A DNA stretch of 64,000 nucleotides, taken from NCBI GenBank assembly GCA_047602425.1, contig JASGHG010000001.1:4576001-4640000 (forward strand). The letters are read 5' to 3'. How positions within the stretch are numbered: the stretch's first letter is position 1; every line of letters starts with the position of its first letter. This document shows positions 40,001 to 49,240 of the stretch, in pieces. Source of the stretch: Nibricoccus sp. (GTDB taxonomy: Bacteria; Verrucomicrobiota; Verrucomicrobiia; Opitutales; Opitutaceae). Below the pieces are notes generated by a model that saw only the letters and a list, made by a program, of their open reading frames with translations, did no database searches and was not told the DNA's origin. The translations under genes and the position numbers were made by a program.

Positions 40001-41151
40001 TACGCATCGAAGTTATCGACGCAGGTATTGGCATAGCCGAAGACACGATTTCGAAGCTTTTCCGACCGTTCAACCAGGCGGACAACTCGACGACGCGCAA
40101 ATATGGCGGCACGGGGCTGGGACTCGCGATTGCCAAGCAGCTGGTGGCGATGATGCAGGGCGAAATCGGTGTGAAAAGCACACCGGGCAAAGGATCTTCC
40201 TTTTGGTTTACCGCTCAGTTCGAAAAACAAAAAGGTCCGATGACCCCGCCCCGACACCTGACGCAGGATTTCGATGGCGTGCGCATCCTAATCGTCGACG
40301 ACAATGCGACCAATCGTTTGATCTTCACGCAGCAACTCAGCGCCTGGCACATCGATCGCGACGCCGTGGCATCGGGTCGTGAGGCCTTGACGATTTTGCG
40401 TCAGGCGGCGGTTTCGGGGCGTCCCTACAAAATTGCAATGCTCGACATGCAAATGCCCGAGATGGATGGCCTGATGCTGGCACGCGCCATCAAGGCCGAT
40501 CCAACGATTGCGGCGACGAAAATTCTCATTCTTACATCCTCCGGACTCGTGCACAGCAGCGAGGAAATGCGGGACGCTGGCGTCGAGCTTTACCTCGTAA
40601 AACCGGTGAAGCAGTCGCAGTTGTACTCGGCACTCCTCAACGTGGTTTCCAACAGCGGAGCGCCGGAAGACGAGGATGACGAAACAGCGGAACCGGTTGT
40701 AAGCACCAAGGGGAAGGAGCTTGGGGCTTTGCCGCGAATCCGCATTCTGATTGCCGAAGACAATCGCGTGAACCAAAAAGTCGCGCTCGGCTTGCTGACC
40801 AAAATCAAATGCAATGCGGACGTGGTCGCCAATGGCTTCGAGGTTCTAGCCGCGCTGCAACGTATTCAGTACGACGTCATTTTCATGGATTGCCAGATGC
40901 CGGAAATGGACGGTTACGAAGCGACGCAGGCCATCCGGCGCATGGAAACCGATCCAGGACAAAAATGCCCGTGGAAAGGCCCCGTACATATCATCGCGAT
41001 GACTGCAAATGCGATGCAGGGCGACCGTGAGAAATGTCTGGCGGTCGGGATGAACGATTACGTCAGCAAGCCGGTACGCGTGACCGAGCTTCACGCCGCC
41101 CTGAGCCGCTGGAAGCCGAGGACCGATACCGTGCCTCCAATTCCGCGCTGA
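37054..41151 (+). CDS. Hybrid sensor kinase with periplasmic beta-propeller and Y_Y_Y domain (HisKA-HATPase-REC-REC)
   Basis: GLPSN/DGYLW propeller repeats; [27 protein letters not shown]; two receiver domains. Confidence 0.95.
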   Translation: MKAPFTSPRACRTIRTLLGGLLFLRLVFPLWALNPVRDASSYTIRGWFTEHGLPSNKIRAVTQARDGYLWAATAQGIARFDGSHFTVFNGSSNPELRGGGFFAVLEGLDGTLWFGGDNGLFRWRDGFFDRFTAEDGLGNNYVRSLFLAKDGSVVVCTRTGISFMRDGKITTPAGEWKQPTGVVRGYLERADGSIWIAGTRLWRLAGGKAEVMSDKYGVPGENFTSAIERADGSVWTSSTAGVFCIRPDGKVEKYGVAEGLLNTRVSDMRFDRDGGLWISTNGGLFRLHQGKVQQANFPQHFGQSFLQQVYEDGEGSLWVASAIGLFQLTDSMSTSIGLEDGLGQLATYSVMEASDGKIWIGLWGGGLYFWDGQKAARLQAPGGEDMVQVLSIAETSGGKLWIGAVNGLYLYDGTEVKNFYQQARQSEWRKHMQDDPGVALPGLAHPRVNSIAMDGPAAMWAACDGGLYNWRDGAFHAYMYLPGLGSNTFKAVTRARNGDVWVTVPPAGVARFREGRWSVFHCGQEISDVAPRAVYEDSAGTIWVTTEGGGLNRFKDGHWKIFSTRDGLADDFIAGIIEDGAGYYWVACPRGFMRIEHEEFDAVAQGRRAALDPRLFNRHDGLNAVECNMQGYPNACRSRSGDLFFATDRGVAIVHPEQVIINKKPTPVHIEQVQINGSAVSPVDGIKVPPGSTDLQIYYTGINMLSAEKVRFRVKLSPLDNDWVDVGGRRSMRYDRLPPGRYRFQVSACNNNGIWNEKWAQLDFTVQAFFYQTVWFYIFIGLLAGGAGYIIHLVRVRQARLRNEELEQIVETRTHELRQAKESAETAAKAKSEFLANMSHEIRTPMNGVIGMTGLLLDTRLDAQQYEYANTARNSADALLTIVNDILDFSKIEAGKLAFETLDFNLHEVVESTRDMLVGQALRKNIELASFIAPDVPRRLRGDPGRLRQVLLNLLSNAIKFTENGDVVIRVMREAEAGEKARIRIEVIDAGIGIAEDTISKLFRPFNQADNSTTRKYGGTGLGLAIAKQLVAMMQGEIGVKSTPGKGSSFWFTAQFEKQKGPMTPPRHLTQDFDGVRILIVDDNATNRLIFTQQLSAWHIDRDAVASGREALTILRQAAVSGRPYKIAMLDMQMPEMDGLMLARAIKADPTIAATKILILTSSGLVHSSEEMRDAGVELYLVKPVKQSQLYSALLNVVSNSGAPEDEDDETAEPVVSTKGKELGALPRIRILIAEDNRVNQKVALGLLTKIKCNADVVANGFEVLAALQRIQYDVIFMDCQMPEMDGYEATQAIRRMETDPGQKCPWKGPVHIIAMTANAMQGDREKCLAVGMNDYVSKPVRVTELHAALSRWKPRTDTVPPIPR

Positions 41152-41190
41152 TGGTTGGCGAATTGTGCTGCGGCTATCGGTTTGGAAAAT

Positions 41191-42309
41191 TCAGTCCTTG
41201 GTTACACCAGCTGGTTTAGCATCGAGCACGAAAGAAGGATTGTAGCCAGCCGGTTTTTCGCCTACCGCCACTCCACCGGTGAGCATGGCTTGCATGCCCG
41301 GAGTGAAAAACGTGTAGGGAAAACGCGGTGCCGGCGCGCTGACTTGGTCGAGACGTTGGCGAAGGGGAGAGGGGATTTCAAAATCGAGCGATTGCAAATT
41401 GTCCTCCAACTGGGCCAGCTTGGTTGCGCCGAGCATCACGGTGGCGACGCCTGGACGGTTGGCCACCCAGTTGACCGCGACCTGCGCCATGCTCCGGCCT
41501 AGCTCCTTGGCGATGTTTTCAAGTTCGGCGACGATAGCCCAATTGCGTTCGGTAAACTTGGCGAACGCAGGATTGCCGCTGTTGGCGAGCGCCGTGAGAC
41601 GGCCATCTCCGGACTGAAACGAGCCACCCTGCGAAGGCTTGTATTTGCCGCTGAGCAGGCCGCTGCCGAGCGGACTCCAAACCATCGTGCCCATGCCATG
41701 CGTGGTGCCGAGGGGAATGAATTCGTCTTCAATGCCCCGCTCGACGAGTGAATATTCGAGCTGGAGAGCGGAAAGTTTTTCGTAGCCACGCCACTCGGCG
41801 ACGGCCTGCGCCCGCGATGCATACCACGCCGGCACGTCGCTCAGCCCGACATGACGAACCTTTCCAGACCGTACAAGATCGTCGAACGTGCGCATCACTT
41901 CTTCAACGGGTGTCAAACGGTCCCACGTGTGCAGCAGGTAAAGGTCAATATAGTCGGTGCCGAGTCGTTTGAGCGAACCTTCGACGGCAGCGAGGATGTG
42001 TTTGCGGCCGTTACCGCCGGCGTTGGGATTTCCGGGCGAATCGTTGTAGGAAAATTTTGTGGCGATAACCACGCGTTCGCGAGCGCCCGCTTCGCGTACG
42101 AATTGGCCGAGCCAACGTTCGCTGTTGCCATTGGTGTAGAGATCAGCGGTGTCGAAAAAGTTTCCGCCGGAAGCAAGATAGCGATCGAACATCGCGCGGG
42201 CCGTCGTCTGGTCTGCGCCCCAACCCCAATCAGTTCCGAAGGTCATGGTGCCGAGGGCAAGACGTGAAACGCGAAGGCCGGAATTTCCAAGAGTATAGTA
42301 AGTGGTCAT
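41191..42309 (-). CDS. Aldo/keto reductase
   Basis: LGNSGLRVSRLALGTMTFG, DTADLY, IATK, DYIDLYLLH, WSPLGSG. Confidence 0.96.
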   Translation of the reverse strand: MTTYYTLGNSGLRVSRLALGTMTFGTDWGWGADQTTARAMFDRYLASGGNFFDTADLYTNGNSERWLGQFVREAGARERVVIATKFSYNDSPGNPNAGGNGRKHILAAVEGSLKRLGTDYIDLYLLHTWDRLTPVEEVMRTFDDLVRSGKVRHVGLSDVPAWYASRAQAVAEWRGYEKLSALQLEYSLVERGIEDEFIPLGTTHGMGTMVWSPLGSGLLSGKYKPSQGGSFQSGDGRLTALANSGNPAFAKFTERNWAIVAELENIAKELGRSMAQVAVNWVANRPGVATVMLGATKLAQLEDNLQSLDFEIPSPLRQRLDQVSAPAPRFPYTFFTPGMQAMLTGGVAVGEKPAGYNPSFVLDAKPAGVTKD

Positions 42310-42332
42310 GGCTTAAGATTTGTTGCGGACAC

Positions 42333-42397
42333 AGCGTACTCCCATCGGGCTTCGTTGGAAATGGACGCACTTCAGACTGACTTGGATTTTTCTCAGA
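42333..42397 (-). promoter_or_regulatory. AraC-type activated promoter of the aldo/keto reductase gene
   Basis: Direct repeat TGGA-N6-TCAGA at 42362 and 42383 (21-nt offset) abutting the -35 position of a TACGCT -10 (42333-42338). Confidence 0.65.
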
Positions 42398-42409
42398 ATG
42401 AATGCCGGC

Positions 42410-43342
42410 CTAAGCAGCGGCACCCAGCTGATAATCGCGAGGAGAAACGCCGACCGACTTTTTGAACAACCGGCTGAAGTAGGCTTCATCGTCGTAACCG
42501 AGTTCGGCGGCGACCTCTTTCACAGCGCGGGTGGTATTTCCCAGCAGGCACTGTGCCTCAAGAATTACGCGGGCTCTTATCCACTCGCCAGGAGGAAGAC
42601 CGGACGCGGCGCGCACGGCTGTGGCGAAGTGATTGGGATGCACACCGAGTTGCATGGCATAGTTGGCCGGACTTTTTTCCTCGCGAAAACGCGATTCCAG
42701 CGCGGACCGAAAGCGTTGGTAAATGCGTCCGTTGGCGTCGAGATAAACCGGACAAACGCAACGCTCCGCGGCCTCCTCGAGTCGGACGACGATCAATTGA
42801 AGCAACAGCCGCAAGGCGCGGACGGAGGGCGCGGGCTGGCGTTTCCATTCATTTTCAAGAGCGGTAAATAACGCAAAAAGTGCGTCGAACTCTTCGGAGG
42901 TGAGATGGAGAAACGGCGCTCGTTCCCATTGAAAAATCGAGGAGTGTCGGAGCGTTTCCTTATCGCCCAGATTCTCGACAAACAGTGCTTCGCTAAAACT
43001 CAGTGCGAATCCGCGATCTCGCGTGCTCCAACCACGACTGGAGTGAATCTGACCTGGCGGAACGAAAAACGCAGTGGGCGGGCGGAGTTGGAAAGAAGCG
43101 AGTCCCGTGGTGCAAGTGGCATGACCTCGCGAAACCAGTCCAATGAAGTAAAACTGGAAACGAGTCGGCAAAACACCCGATCCAAACGCCTTCACCGCTT
43201 CCTCGGTGCGCTCAAGGTAAAAACCATCTATTTGGGGCAATCCATGAGCCGAGCGTTTGTGCGCTCCTGCGGCGGATGACTTGCGATGGAGGAGATGAAA
43301 CTCCGGCAAGGGCAACGGGCGTAGGCTGACATCGCGTGGCAT
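42410..43342 (-). CDS. AraC family transcriptional regulator
   Basis: Cupin FFVPPGQIHS; HTH VKEVAAELGYDDEAYFSRLFKKSVGVSP; start 43342 or 43357. Confidence 0.93.
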   Translation of the reverse strand: MPRDVSLRPLPLPEFHLLHRKSSAAGAHKRSAHGLPQIDGFYLERTEEAVKAFGSGVLPTRFQFYFIGLVSRGHATCTTGLASFQLRPPTAFFVPPGQIHSSRGWSTRDRGFALSFSEALFVENLGDKETLRHSSIFQWERAPFLHLTSEEFDALFALFTALENEWKRQPAPSVRALRLLLQLIVVRLEEAAERCVCPVYLDANGRIYQRFRSALESRFREEKSPANYAMQLGVHPNHFATAVRAASGLPPGEWIRARVILEAQCLLGNTTRAVKEVAAELGYDDEAYFSRLFKKSVGVSPRDYQLGAAA

Positions 43343-43418
43343 GGCAGAACGCTGCATGGCGCGCTCAATTTTGCAAAATACAAAACCGAAGCCGTGAGGG
43401 GCGGTATTCGCGAGAAAC

Positions 43419-45293
43419 TCAGTTTTCGGCGGAATGCAGGCCGCCGGTACCGGCGCGGAATTCGAGCACGGTTCGACCGGAGCCATCAGGACGTTCGCTC
43501 GCGCAATTCCAGAGGCACGCTCCGCAATGAATGCATTTTTCGCGGTCGAAAACCGGTACGCCGTTGGGGCCATGGGCGATGGCTTGGCCGGAACAGACTT
43601 CGACGCAGGTGCGTTGGTTGCACTGCATGCACACGTCAGGGCAAAGGAAAACGACATGGTCGGCGTAGCCGTGCGGTGCTTGAACTTTGCCGCCGAGGAG
43701 CAACGCGTCCTGATGCGAGACCAGGAGTTTGCCGTCGAGAGGAATGGCGGGCCAGCCCGCGCGGTCCATGAGCGCGTTGTAGAGCGGTAATCCTTTCGCG
43801 AGGCAGTCGGCGCGGATCTGGGCAATCTCGGCAGCTGGGATTTTACCGGCGTAGAATTTCTCGATCGAGGGCAGGCGTTTGTGGGGAGCCTTTGGTTTGC
43901 CCCAGATATTGAGGCGCCCACCCGTCAAACCGGTGATGCCCATGCCGATCAGGCCGGTGACGAAGCCGCAGGAGAAACCGTCGCGGGCTTTTTCGGCGAT
44001 GCGGCTTTCCTTGTCGACCCAACTCGCGCGGCGGCGGGCGACGTAGGTGGCCTGAAGGTTTTCCTTGGAAAATGGTTTGCCGGTTTTAAGAAGTTCGGTC
44101 ACGGCCTCGGCGAGTTGCACGCCGCTGGCCCAAGCGTCATCGACACCGGAGCCGGTGAGGACGTTGGTCGTGCCCGAGCCTTCGCCGATGCGCGCGTAGC
44201 CATCGCCGACGAGATGCGGTTCACCGCGACGGCCGGATTCGCCGAGCGTTTTCGCGCCCCAGGAGCGGAGCGTGGCGCCGTTGAGATGCTGCCAAAGGTA
44301 GGGATGCTGCACCCAGTGCTGGAGATAGCGGTAGCCGGTGCGGACGGGATTATCGAACCACGATGGCACGAAGATGCCGAGCGAAGCGATATTGCCCGGG
44401 TGAATGTACATGAAGCCGAAGATTTCCGGCTCAGGAAAACCAAAGGTGTGGAAGACGGTGCCGGGCTCGAGCTTGGAGGTGGCGGGTAGATCGACCACCA
44501 GTTTCATGCCGACGGCCCATTCATAGGCGTGGTGGCCTTCGGGCAGGCCGAATTCCTTGTCCAGCTGTTGGCCGAGGGCACCGACTGGGCCGTCGCCGAT
44601 GACGGTGAGTGCGGCGCGGATATCCATGCCGGGTGTAAACGCGGCTGTAGGTGTACCGTTTTTCTCCACGCCTTGGTCGATCAGGCGGACACCGACAACT
44701 TTTTTGTTTTCCACGAGGGCGGCCGAAGCGGGCGTGGACGGCCAGACTTGGACGGTGCCGGAGCCCATAGCTTGTGCACCGACCCACTGCATGAACTGAC
44801 CCATGGAGAGAACGAGGCCATCGTGTTTTTCGAGGAACGGCGGAATCCACGGCAGCTCGATGGCCCAATCTTTTCCCTTGAACGGTTTCAGGAAAACATC
44901 GGCAGCGCGCAACGCGAAGGAACGACGGCTAGCACCGATCGGATCGAGCAAGTAAGCGACCTTCTCCGTCTTCACTGGCGCAGCCATCGGAATCTGCGAG
45001 GCGTCAAGCTGAGAGAAGCTGGCCTTGATACTCCGCGCAGGCGTAACCACACCTGAGACACCAAAACCAACATCGTCCGCGCGTTCGTAGCAGATCACCT
45101 GCGGCGGCATGCCGGGCATGGCCTGGCTCTCGGCGATGGGCGTTCCATCGTCTTTGATGAGCTGTTTCGAGAGCGTGGTGAGGAAGCCGCCCATGGCCGG
45201 CCCGAAGCCGACGCAGACGATGTCGACGTTCATGGAAGGGCGCTCGACAGCAGGAATAGGGGAGTCTTGGGCCGCGGAAGACACAGAGTTCAC
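43419..45293 (-). CDS. ETF-quinone oxidoreductase-like flavoprotein fused to a 2x[4Fe-4S] ferredoxin (FixC-FixX-like)
   Basis: DIVCVGFGPA FAD motif; RIGEGSG; C-terminal CMQCNQRTCVEVC and CIHCGACLWNC; start uncertain (GTG 45293/45284 or ATG 45233). Confidence 0.88.
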   Translation of the reverse strand: MNSVSSAAQDSPIPAVERPSMNVDIVCVGFGPAMGGFLTTLSKQLIKDDGTPIAESQAMPGMPPQVICYERADDVGFGVSGVVTPARSIKASFSQLDASQIPMAAPVKTEKVAYLLDPIGASRRSFALRAADVFLKPFKGKDWAIELPWIPPFLEKHDGLVLSMGQFMQWVGAQAMGSGTVQVWPSTPASAALVENKKVVGVRLIDQGVEKNGTPTAAFTPGMDIRAALTVIGDGPVGALGQQLDKEFGLPEGHHAYEWAVGMKLVVDLPATSKLEPGTVFHTFGFPEPEIFGFMYIHPGNIASLGIFVPSWFDNPVRTGYRYLQHWVQHPYLWQHLNGATLRSWGAKTLGESGRRGEPHLVGDGYARIGEGSGTTNVLTGSGVDDAWASGVQLAEAVTELLKTGKPFSKENLQATYVARRRASWVDKESRIAEKARDGFSCGFVTGLIGMGITGLTGGRLNIWGKPKAPHKRLPSIEKFYAGKIPAAEIAQIRADCLAKGLPLYNALMDRAGWPAIPLDGKLLVSHQDALLLGGKVQAPHGYADHVVFLCPDVCMQCNQRTCVEVCSGQAIAHGPNGVPVFDREKCIHCGACLWNCASERPDGSGRTVLEFRAGTGGLHSAEN

Positions 45294-45299
45294 GGAGGA
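45270..45299 (+). repeat. Half copy of the 9-nt-periodic element at the ACAD/ETF-QO junction
   Basis: cgcggaa ga cacagag tt cacggag. Confidence 0.6.
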
Positions 45300-45309
45300 A
45301 TTTTAGAGC

Positions 45310-47403
45310 TTACGGATAGTCGAGCGCTTCGGGGATCATCACTTTCGTGAGGGCTTCGGCGGCGCGGTCTTTGGCGAGGTGGGAGCCGGAGAGCGAGGCG
45401 TCGACGGCGAGGCGAAGTTTCGCGAAAGCGTCGCCGTGACCGTTGAGGCCAATGCCGGGAGCGTTGAAGCCGTAGACGAGCTGGGCGCAGATGGTCGAGG
45501 CGCGTCCGGCAGCACTCGCGGCTTGGACGGCGGCGAGGTCAGAGAAGAAGTTGACGTAGCCAATGAGGCCTTCGGCGACGGTAGGATTAGCCGGACCCTT
45601 GGCTTCGAGTTCAAGCACGTCGAGGATTTGCTGGCGCGAGGCGAGCAACCAGCAAAGCGCGTCGACGAGCGGGAAGACCACACCGTGGCGGTTGCCGGAG
45701 AAGAGCTTGGCGCCCGTGGCATCTTTGGCGGTCTGGAGATGTTCGAGCGACCAGAGCCAGAGTTCCATCGCATTGGCGAGGGTATTGGCGCCGATTTCGG
45801 GCTTGTTGATGGCGATGTTGTGTAGTTCGGCAATCCACGTCTTGTAGAGCGCGAGGAAAACCTCGTTGGTCATCGTGACCGAAATCTGGCGGCGCTGCAC
45901 GGCCTCGGGGCCTTCGTAAGTGGCTTCGAGTTGGGCGTCCATCCACTTTTGACCGAGGAATCCCGGGCAGTCCTCGGTGATCCCATAACCGCCCATCAGA
46001 GACACGGCTTCGCGCATCATCGTGGCGCCGTGACCGGTGTTCCAGAGCTTGGTAGCGGGACAGAGGACATTGGCCTGTGCGTCGATCAGCGTGTATTGGA
46101 CGAGCGGATCGGCCTTGAGCGCGTCGTAACGGGCTTGGTCGCGCTCGGCGGCGGGCTTGCCTTCGAGCACAATGAATTCGAGCGCCTGCTTGTTGATCGC
46201 ACGGAAAGCCTTCATTTGCGCCATGCCGGAGGTGATGCCTTGTTCGGCAAACTTCGCGTCCTTCACTTTTTCGAGCGGATCGACCTGATCGAAGAGGCGT
46301 GCGGTCGCCATGCCGAGGGCGGCGGCGGCTTCACCGGTGGCCCAGACATCGACGAGGCGTTGCAGGCAGTCTTCTTTTTGCTGCAGGCCGGCGTCGAAGC
46401 GCGGCGTGCCGGGGTTGACGCTGGCGGCGCCGCGGAAACGGTTGCGTTGGTATCTGATGACAGGTTCGACGGCGGAGAGGAGTTTCGCGGCCGTCATGAC
46501 GCCGACCGTCACGCGGGTGCGGCGGAAGACAGCCTCGATGATTTCACCATGCGAGTAGTTCGGGATGATCACGCCGTCCTTCACGGTGTAACCGCCGATG
46601 ATACGGCTGGCGGGCACGGTCATGTTGAAAACCGGATCGTGGGTCGAGGAAAGCTGGTGCACCATCTTGTGCGTGGGCGCGCCGCGGTCGAAGGTGCCGG
46701 GGTCGGTGTCCTCGACGATGACCATGCAACTCGACTTGATGCGCGGGTCGTCGGTATCGACGGCGAGCGTCGAGAAATTGGCGAAGCCCATGTTCGTGAT
46801 GAAGCGGGCGCGCTTGTCGACGTGGAGCATCGGCTCCTGGCCGTCTTTCCACTCGGCGACCTTGACCTTGCCGCAGAGCAAACCGGTTTCGACGCCGACG
46901 TAAGGGAGTGGTTCGGTCAGCGAGAACGCGCCGCGCCAGACCTTGCTGGTGTCGCCACCGGGAGTCGGCACGCACTTGCTCATGTAGTAATCGCGTTGCT
47001 CTTTCGTCCCGCGCTCGTGAATTGGAGATAGCGCGAGGTTTCCGGCGAGGGAGCCGGTGGCGGCGCCGGCGTCGACCCAGGCGAGTTCGAGCGCAACGAG
47101 TGAAAGGACGAGATTCTTCGGGCCTTCAATGAAGCCGCCTTGGTGCGGATCCATGAAGCAGGTGGTGATGCCGGCGTCGTCGTAGGCTTTGAGCAGCTGA
47201 TTTTTTTCAGGCGTCCAATCGTGACTGTTGCGCGCGCCTTGGGCGACGAGTTGGGCAACGAGGCCGCGGGCCACACTGCGCGTGGACTGCACGAGCATCT
47301 GGATGTCGTAGCGATCTTGGAAGCGCCACATGATCTGGCGGACGTCGTCGCCAGGAAGGGTTTTGAGCGTTTCGCGAGCGGAGGAAGCGGCGGTGGTAGC
47401 CAT
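45310..47403 (-). CDS. Long acyl-CoA dehydrogenase family protein
   Basis: AFSLTEP, RFITN, AVSLMGGYG, TYEGPEAVQ; extended C-terminus. Confidence 0.93.
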   Translation of the reverse strand: MATTAASSARETLKTLPGDDVRQIMWRFQDRYDIQMLVQSTRSVARGLVAQLVAQGARNSHDWTPEKNQLLKAYDDAGITTCFMDPHQGGFIEGPKNLVLSLVALELAWVDAGAATGSLAGNLALSPIHERGTKEQRDYYMSKCVPTPGGDTSKVWRGAFSLTEPLPYVGVETGLLCGKVKVAEWKDGQEPMLHVDKRARFITNMGFANFSTLAVDTDDPRIKSSCMVIVEDTDPGTFDRGAPTHKMVHQLSSTHDPVFNMTVPASRIIGGYTVKDGVIIPNYSHGEIIEAVFRRTRVTVGVMTAAKLLSAVEPVIRYQRNRFRGAASVNPGTPRFDAGLQQKEDCLQRLVDVWATGEAAAALGMATARLFDQVDPLEKVKDAKFAEQGITSGMAQMKAFRAINKQALEFIVLEGKPAAERDQARYDALKADPLVQYTLIDAQANVLCPATKLWNTGHGATMMREAVSLMGGYGITEDCPGFLGQKWMDAQLEATYEGPEAVQRRQISVTMTNEVFLALYKTWIAELHNIAINKPEIGANTLANAMELWLWSLEHLQTAKDATGAKLFSGNRHGVVFPLVDALCWLLASRQQILDVLELEAKGPANPTVAEGLIGYVNFFSDLAAVQAASAAGRASTICAQLVYGFNAPGIGLNGHGDAFAKLRLAVDASLSGSHLAKDRAAEALTKVMIPEALDYP

Positions 47404-47646
47404 AGGAGTTTTAAAAACGAGGGGAAGATTTTGGACGGGGATTAGGCTGCAAAGATCGTACTACGCCTTCCAGCTGAACCACTGCGCGTTTTTTGCCAAA
47501 ACCAGTGCCTTAATGGACCTGTGATTTTGAAAAACAACGCACGCAGTTCGACGTCGGGAATCCGGGATAAAAGCCGGCAAGAATTCGGGCGTGGTGAACG
47601 TCGCCGAAAATGAGAAAAACCACCAGCGACGGGCTAACGGAAACGC

Positions 47647-48099
47647 TTATTCACGTATTTTGGTATCGATGATCAGCGTGACCGGGCCGTCGTTGACGAG
47701 CGCAATTTGCATCGTTGCGGCGAAGCGTCCGGTCGCCACAGGTCGTCCAAGTGCGGCGGTGCTTTGGCCGACGAAGACGTTGTAGAGATTTTCCGCGAGG
47801 TCTGGGGCGGCGGCGGCGTTGAAGGATGGCCGCGTGCCTTTTCGCGTGCTGGCAAAAAGCGTGAACTGGCTGACGATCAAAATACCACCGCCAATGTCCG
47901 CGACGGAGCGGTTCATCTGGCCGGCTTCATCGGGAAAGATGCGAAGCTTGGCGATTTTTTGCGCGAGCCATTCGCCGTCTTCGGTGGTATCGCCCTGGGC
48001 GACGCCCAAAAGCACGAGCAAACCCGAACCAATTTGGCTATGCACCTGGCCGTCGATGGTGACGCTGGCGGTAGAGACTCGTTGAATAATCGCGCGCAT
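47647..48099 (-). CDS. dtd: D-aminoacyl-tRNA deacylase
   Basis: [25 protein letters not shown]. Confidence 0.97.
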   Translation of the reverse strand: MRAIIQRVSTASVTIDGQVHSQIGSGLLVLLGVAQGDTTEDGEWLAQKIAKLRIFPDEAGQMNRSVADIGGGILIVSQFTLFASTRKGTRPSFNAAAAPDLAENLYNVFVGQSTAALGRPVATGRFAATMQIALVNDGPVTLIIDTKIRE

Positions 48100-48262
48100 G
48101 CGAACAGTGAGCAGAGATTTAACGAAAGTTAAAGAAACGATTGGGAACGCTCCGAGGCACGATCCCGTCGGTAACATTTCCGCGAGTGCTTGCGTATGTT
48201 TCGCTACCGGAGTGCTGGCGCACTCTGAAAAACGAAACAGATAACCCTAAAATTCCAAACTC

Positions 48263-49174
48263 ATGAAAACGTTGAGAGTACTTGCGCCCATTGTTGCGAT
48301 GTGCGCATTTTTGCCGGTTTATGCCGGTACGGTTGAGGGCAACGATATCGTTGATGCGAGTGAAACCCTGGCGGTCAATCTGCCGGAGAATGTGCGAGTG
48401 ATCCGTGACGTATCCTATGGCGAAAACGCTTTGCAACGGTTCGACGTTTATGTGTCGAAGGAAGCCACCGGACCGGCACCAGTCATCTTCATGGTGCACG
48501 GTGGCGGCTGGCGTCGCGGCGACAAGGCCATGGATCGGGTGGTGGAGAACAAGGTCGCACGCTGGGTGCCGAAAGGTTTCATCTTTATTTCCGCCAACTA
48601 TCGCCTGTTACCGGATGCCGATCCAATGACTCAGGCGCAAGATGTGGCGAAGGCGCTGGCTGCCGCGCAGGCCCTGGCGCCGCGTTGGGGCGGAGTCGCA
48701 TCGAAATTTATCCTCATGGGCCATTCTGCGGGAGGACATTTGGTCGATCTGCTCGGCGCGGATCCGCGGCTTGCCTATGCACAAGGAGCGCAGCCGTGGT
48801 TGGGTACGATTTCCCTGGATGCCGGCGCGATAAACGTCGTGGACGTGATGGAAAATCCGCATGCGCCACTTTTTGACAACGCATTTGGCACGGATCCGGA
48901 CTATTGGAAGCAGGTTTCGCCGCACCATGCATTGCGGTTTGGTGCGACGCCGTTTCTGCTGATCTGCTCGCAGGCCCGTCAGCGCGAGAGCTTGAATGTG
49001 TTGAAGTTCATGCTCAAAGCGCGGTCGCTGGGCGTGTCGGCGGAGTTTTTGCCGGAAGATCTGACGCACGGCGAAATCAATTACACGCTGGGACTGGAGA
49101 ACGACTATACGCTGGATGTGGAGGACTTCATGGGCGGGCTCGACCCACTGGTGAAGTGGCGGCTGAAACAGTAA
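48263..49174 (+). CDS. Secreted alpha/beta hydrolase (HSL-like esterase)
   Basis: Signal peptide; HGGGW; NYRL; GHSAGG; HGEIN. Confidence 0.9.
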   Translation: MKTLRVLAPIVAMCAFLPVYAGTVEGNDIVDASETLAVNLPENVRVIRDVSYGENALQRFDVYVSKEATGPAPVIFMVHGGGWRRGDKAMDRVVENKVARWVPKGFIFISANYRLLPDADPMTQAQDVAKALAAAQALAPRWGGVASKFILMGHSAGGHLVDLLGADPRLAYAQGAQPWLGTISLDAGAINVVDVMENPHAPLFDNAFGTDPDYWKQVSPHHALRFGATPFLLICSQARQRESLNVLKFMLKARSLGVSAEFLPEDLTHGEINYTLGLENDYTLDVEDFMGGLDPLVKWRLKQ

Positions 49175-49182
49175 ACAGGCAC

Positions 49183-49218
49183 AAAAAAGCGCAGACCGTC
49201 GAACCGATGGTCTGCGCT
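49183..49218 (-). terminator. Terminator after fabV
   Basis: 14-bp stem agcgcagaccgtcg/cgatggtctgcgct with T6 on the minus strand. Confidence 0.85.
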
Positions 49219-49240
49219 AAAATTTTCCGAGCGAGGTTTC

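Noticed and set aside
38281..40257. 658-aa minus-strand ORF and other long overlapping ORFs in the track
   Set aside because: Antisense or alternate-frame shadows of well-supported high-GC genes, with no motifs
43358..43921. N-terminal extension of the AraC ORF to 503 aa
   Set aside because: Overlaps the ETF-QO 3' end in another frame; the AraC domains fit about 310 aa
47448..47463. Sigma54-like TAGTACG-ATCT-TTGCA upstream of the ACAD
   Set aside because: Lacks the near-invariant GG at -24
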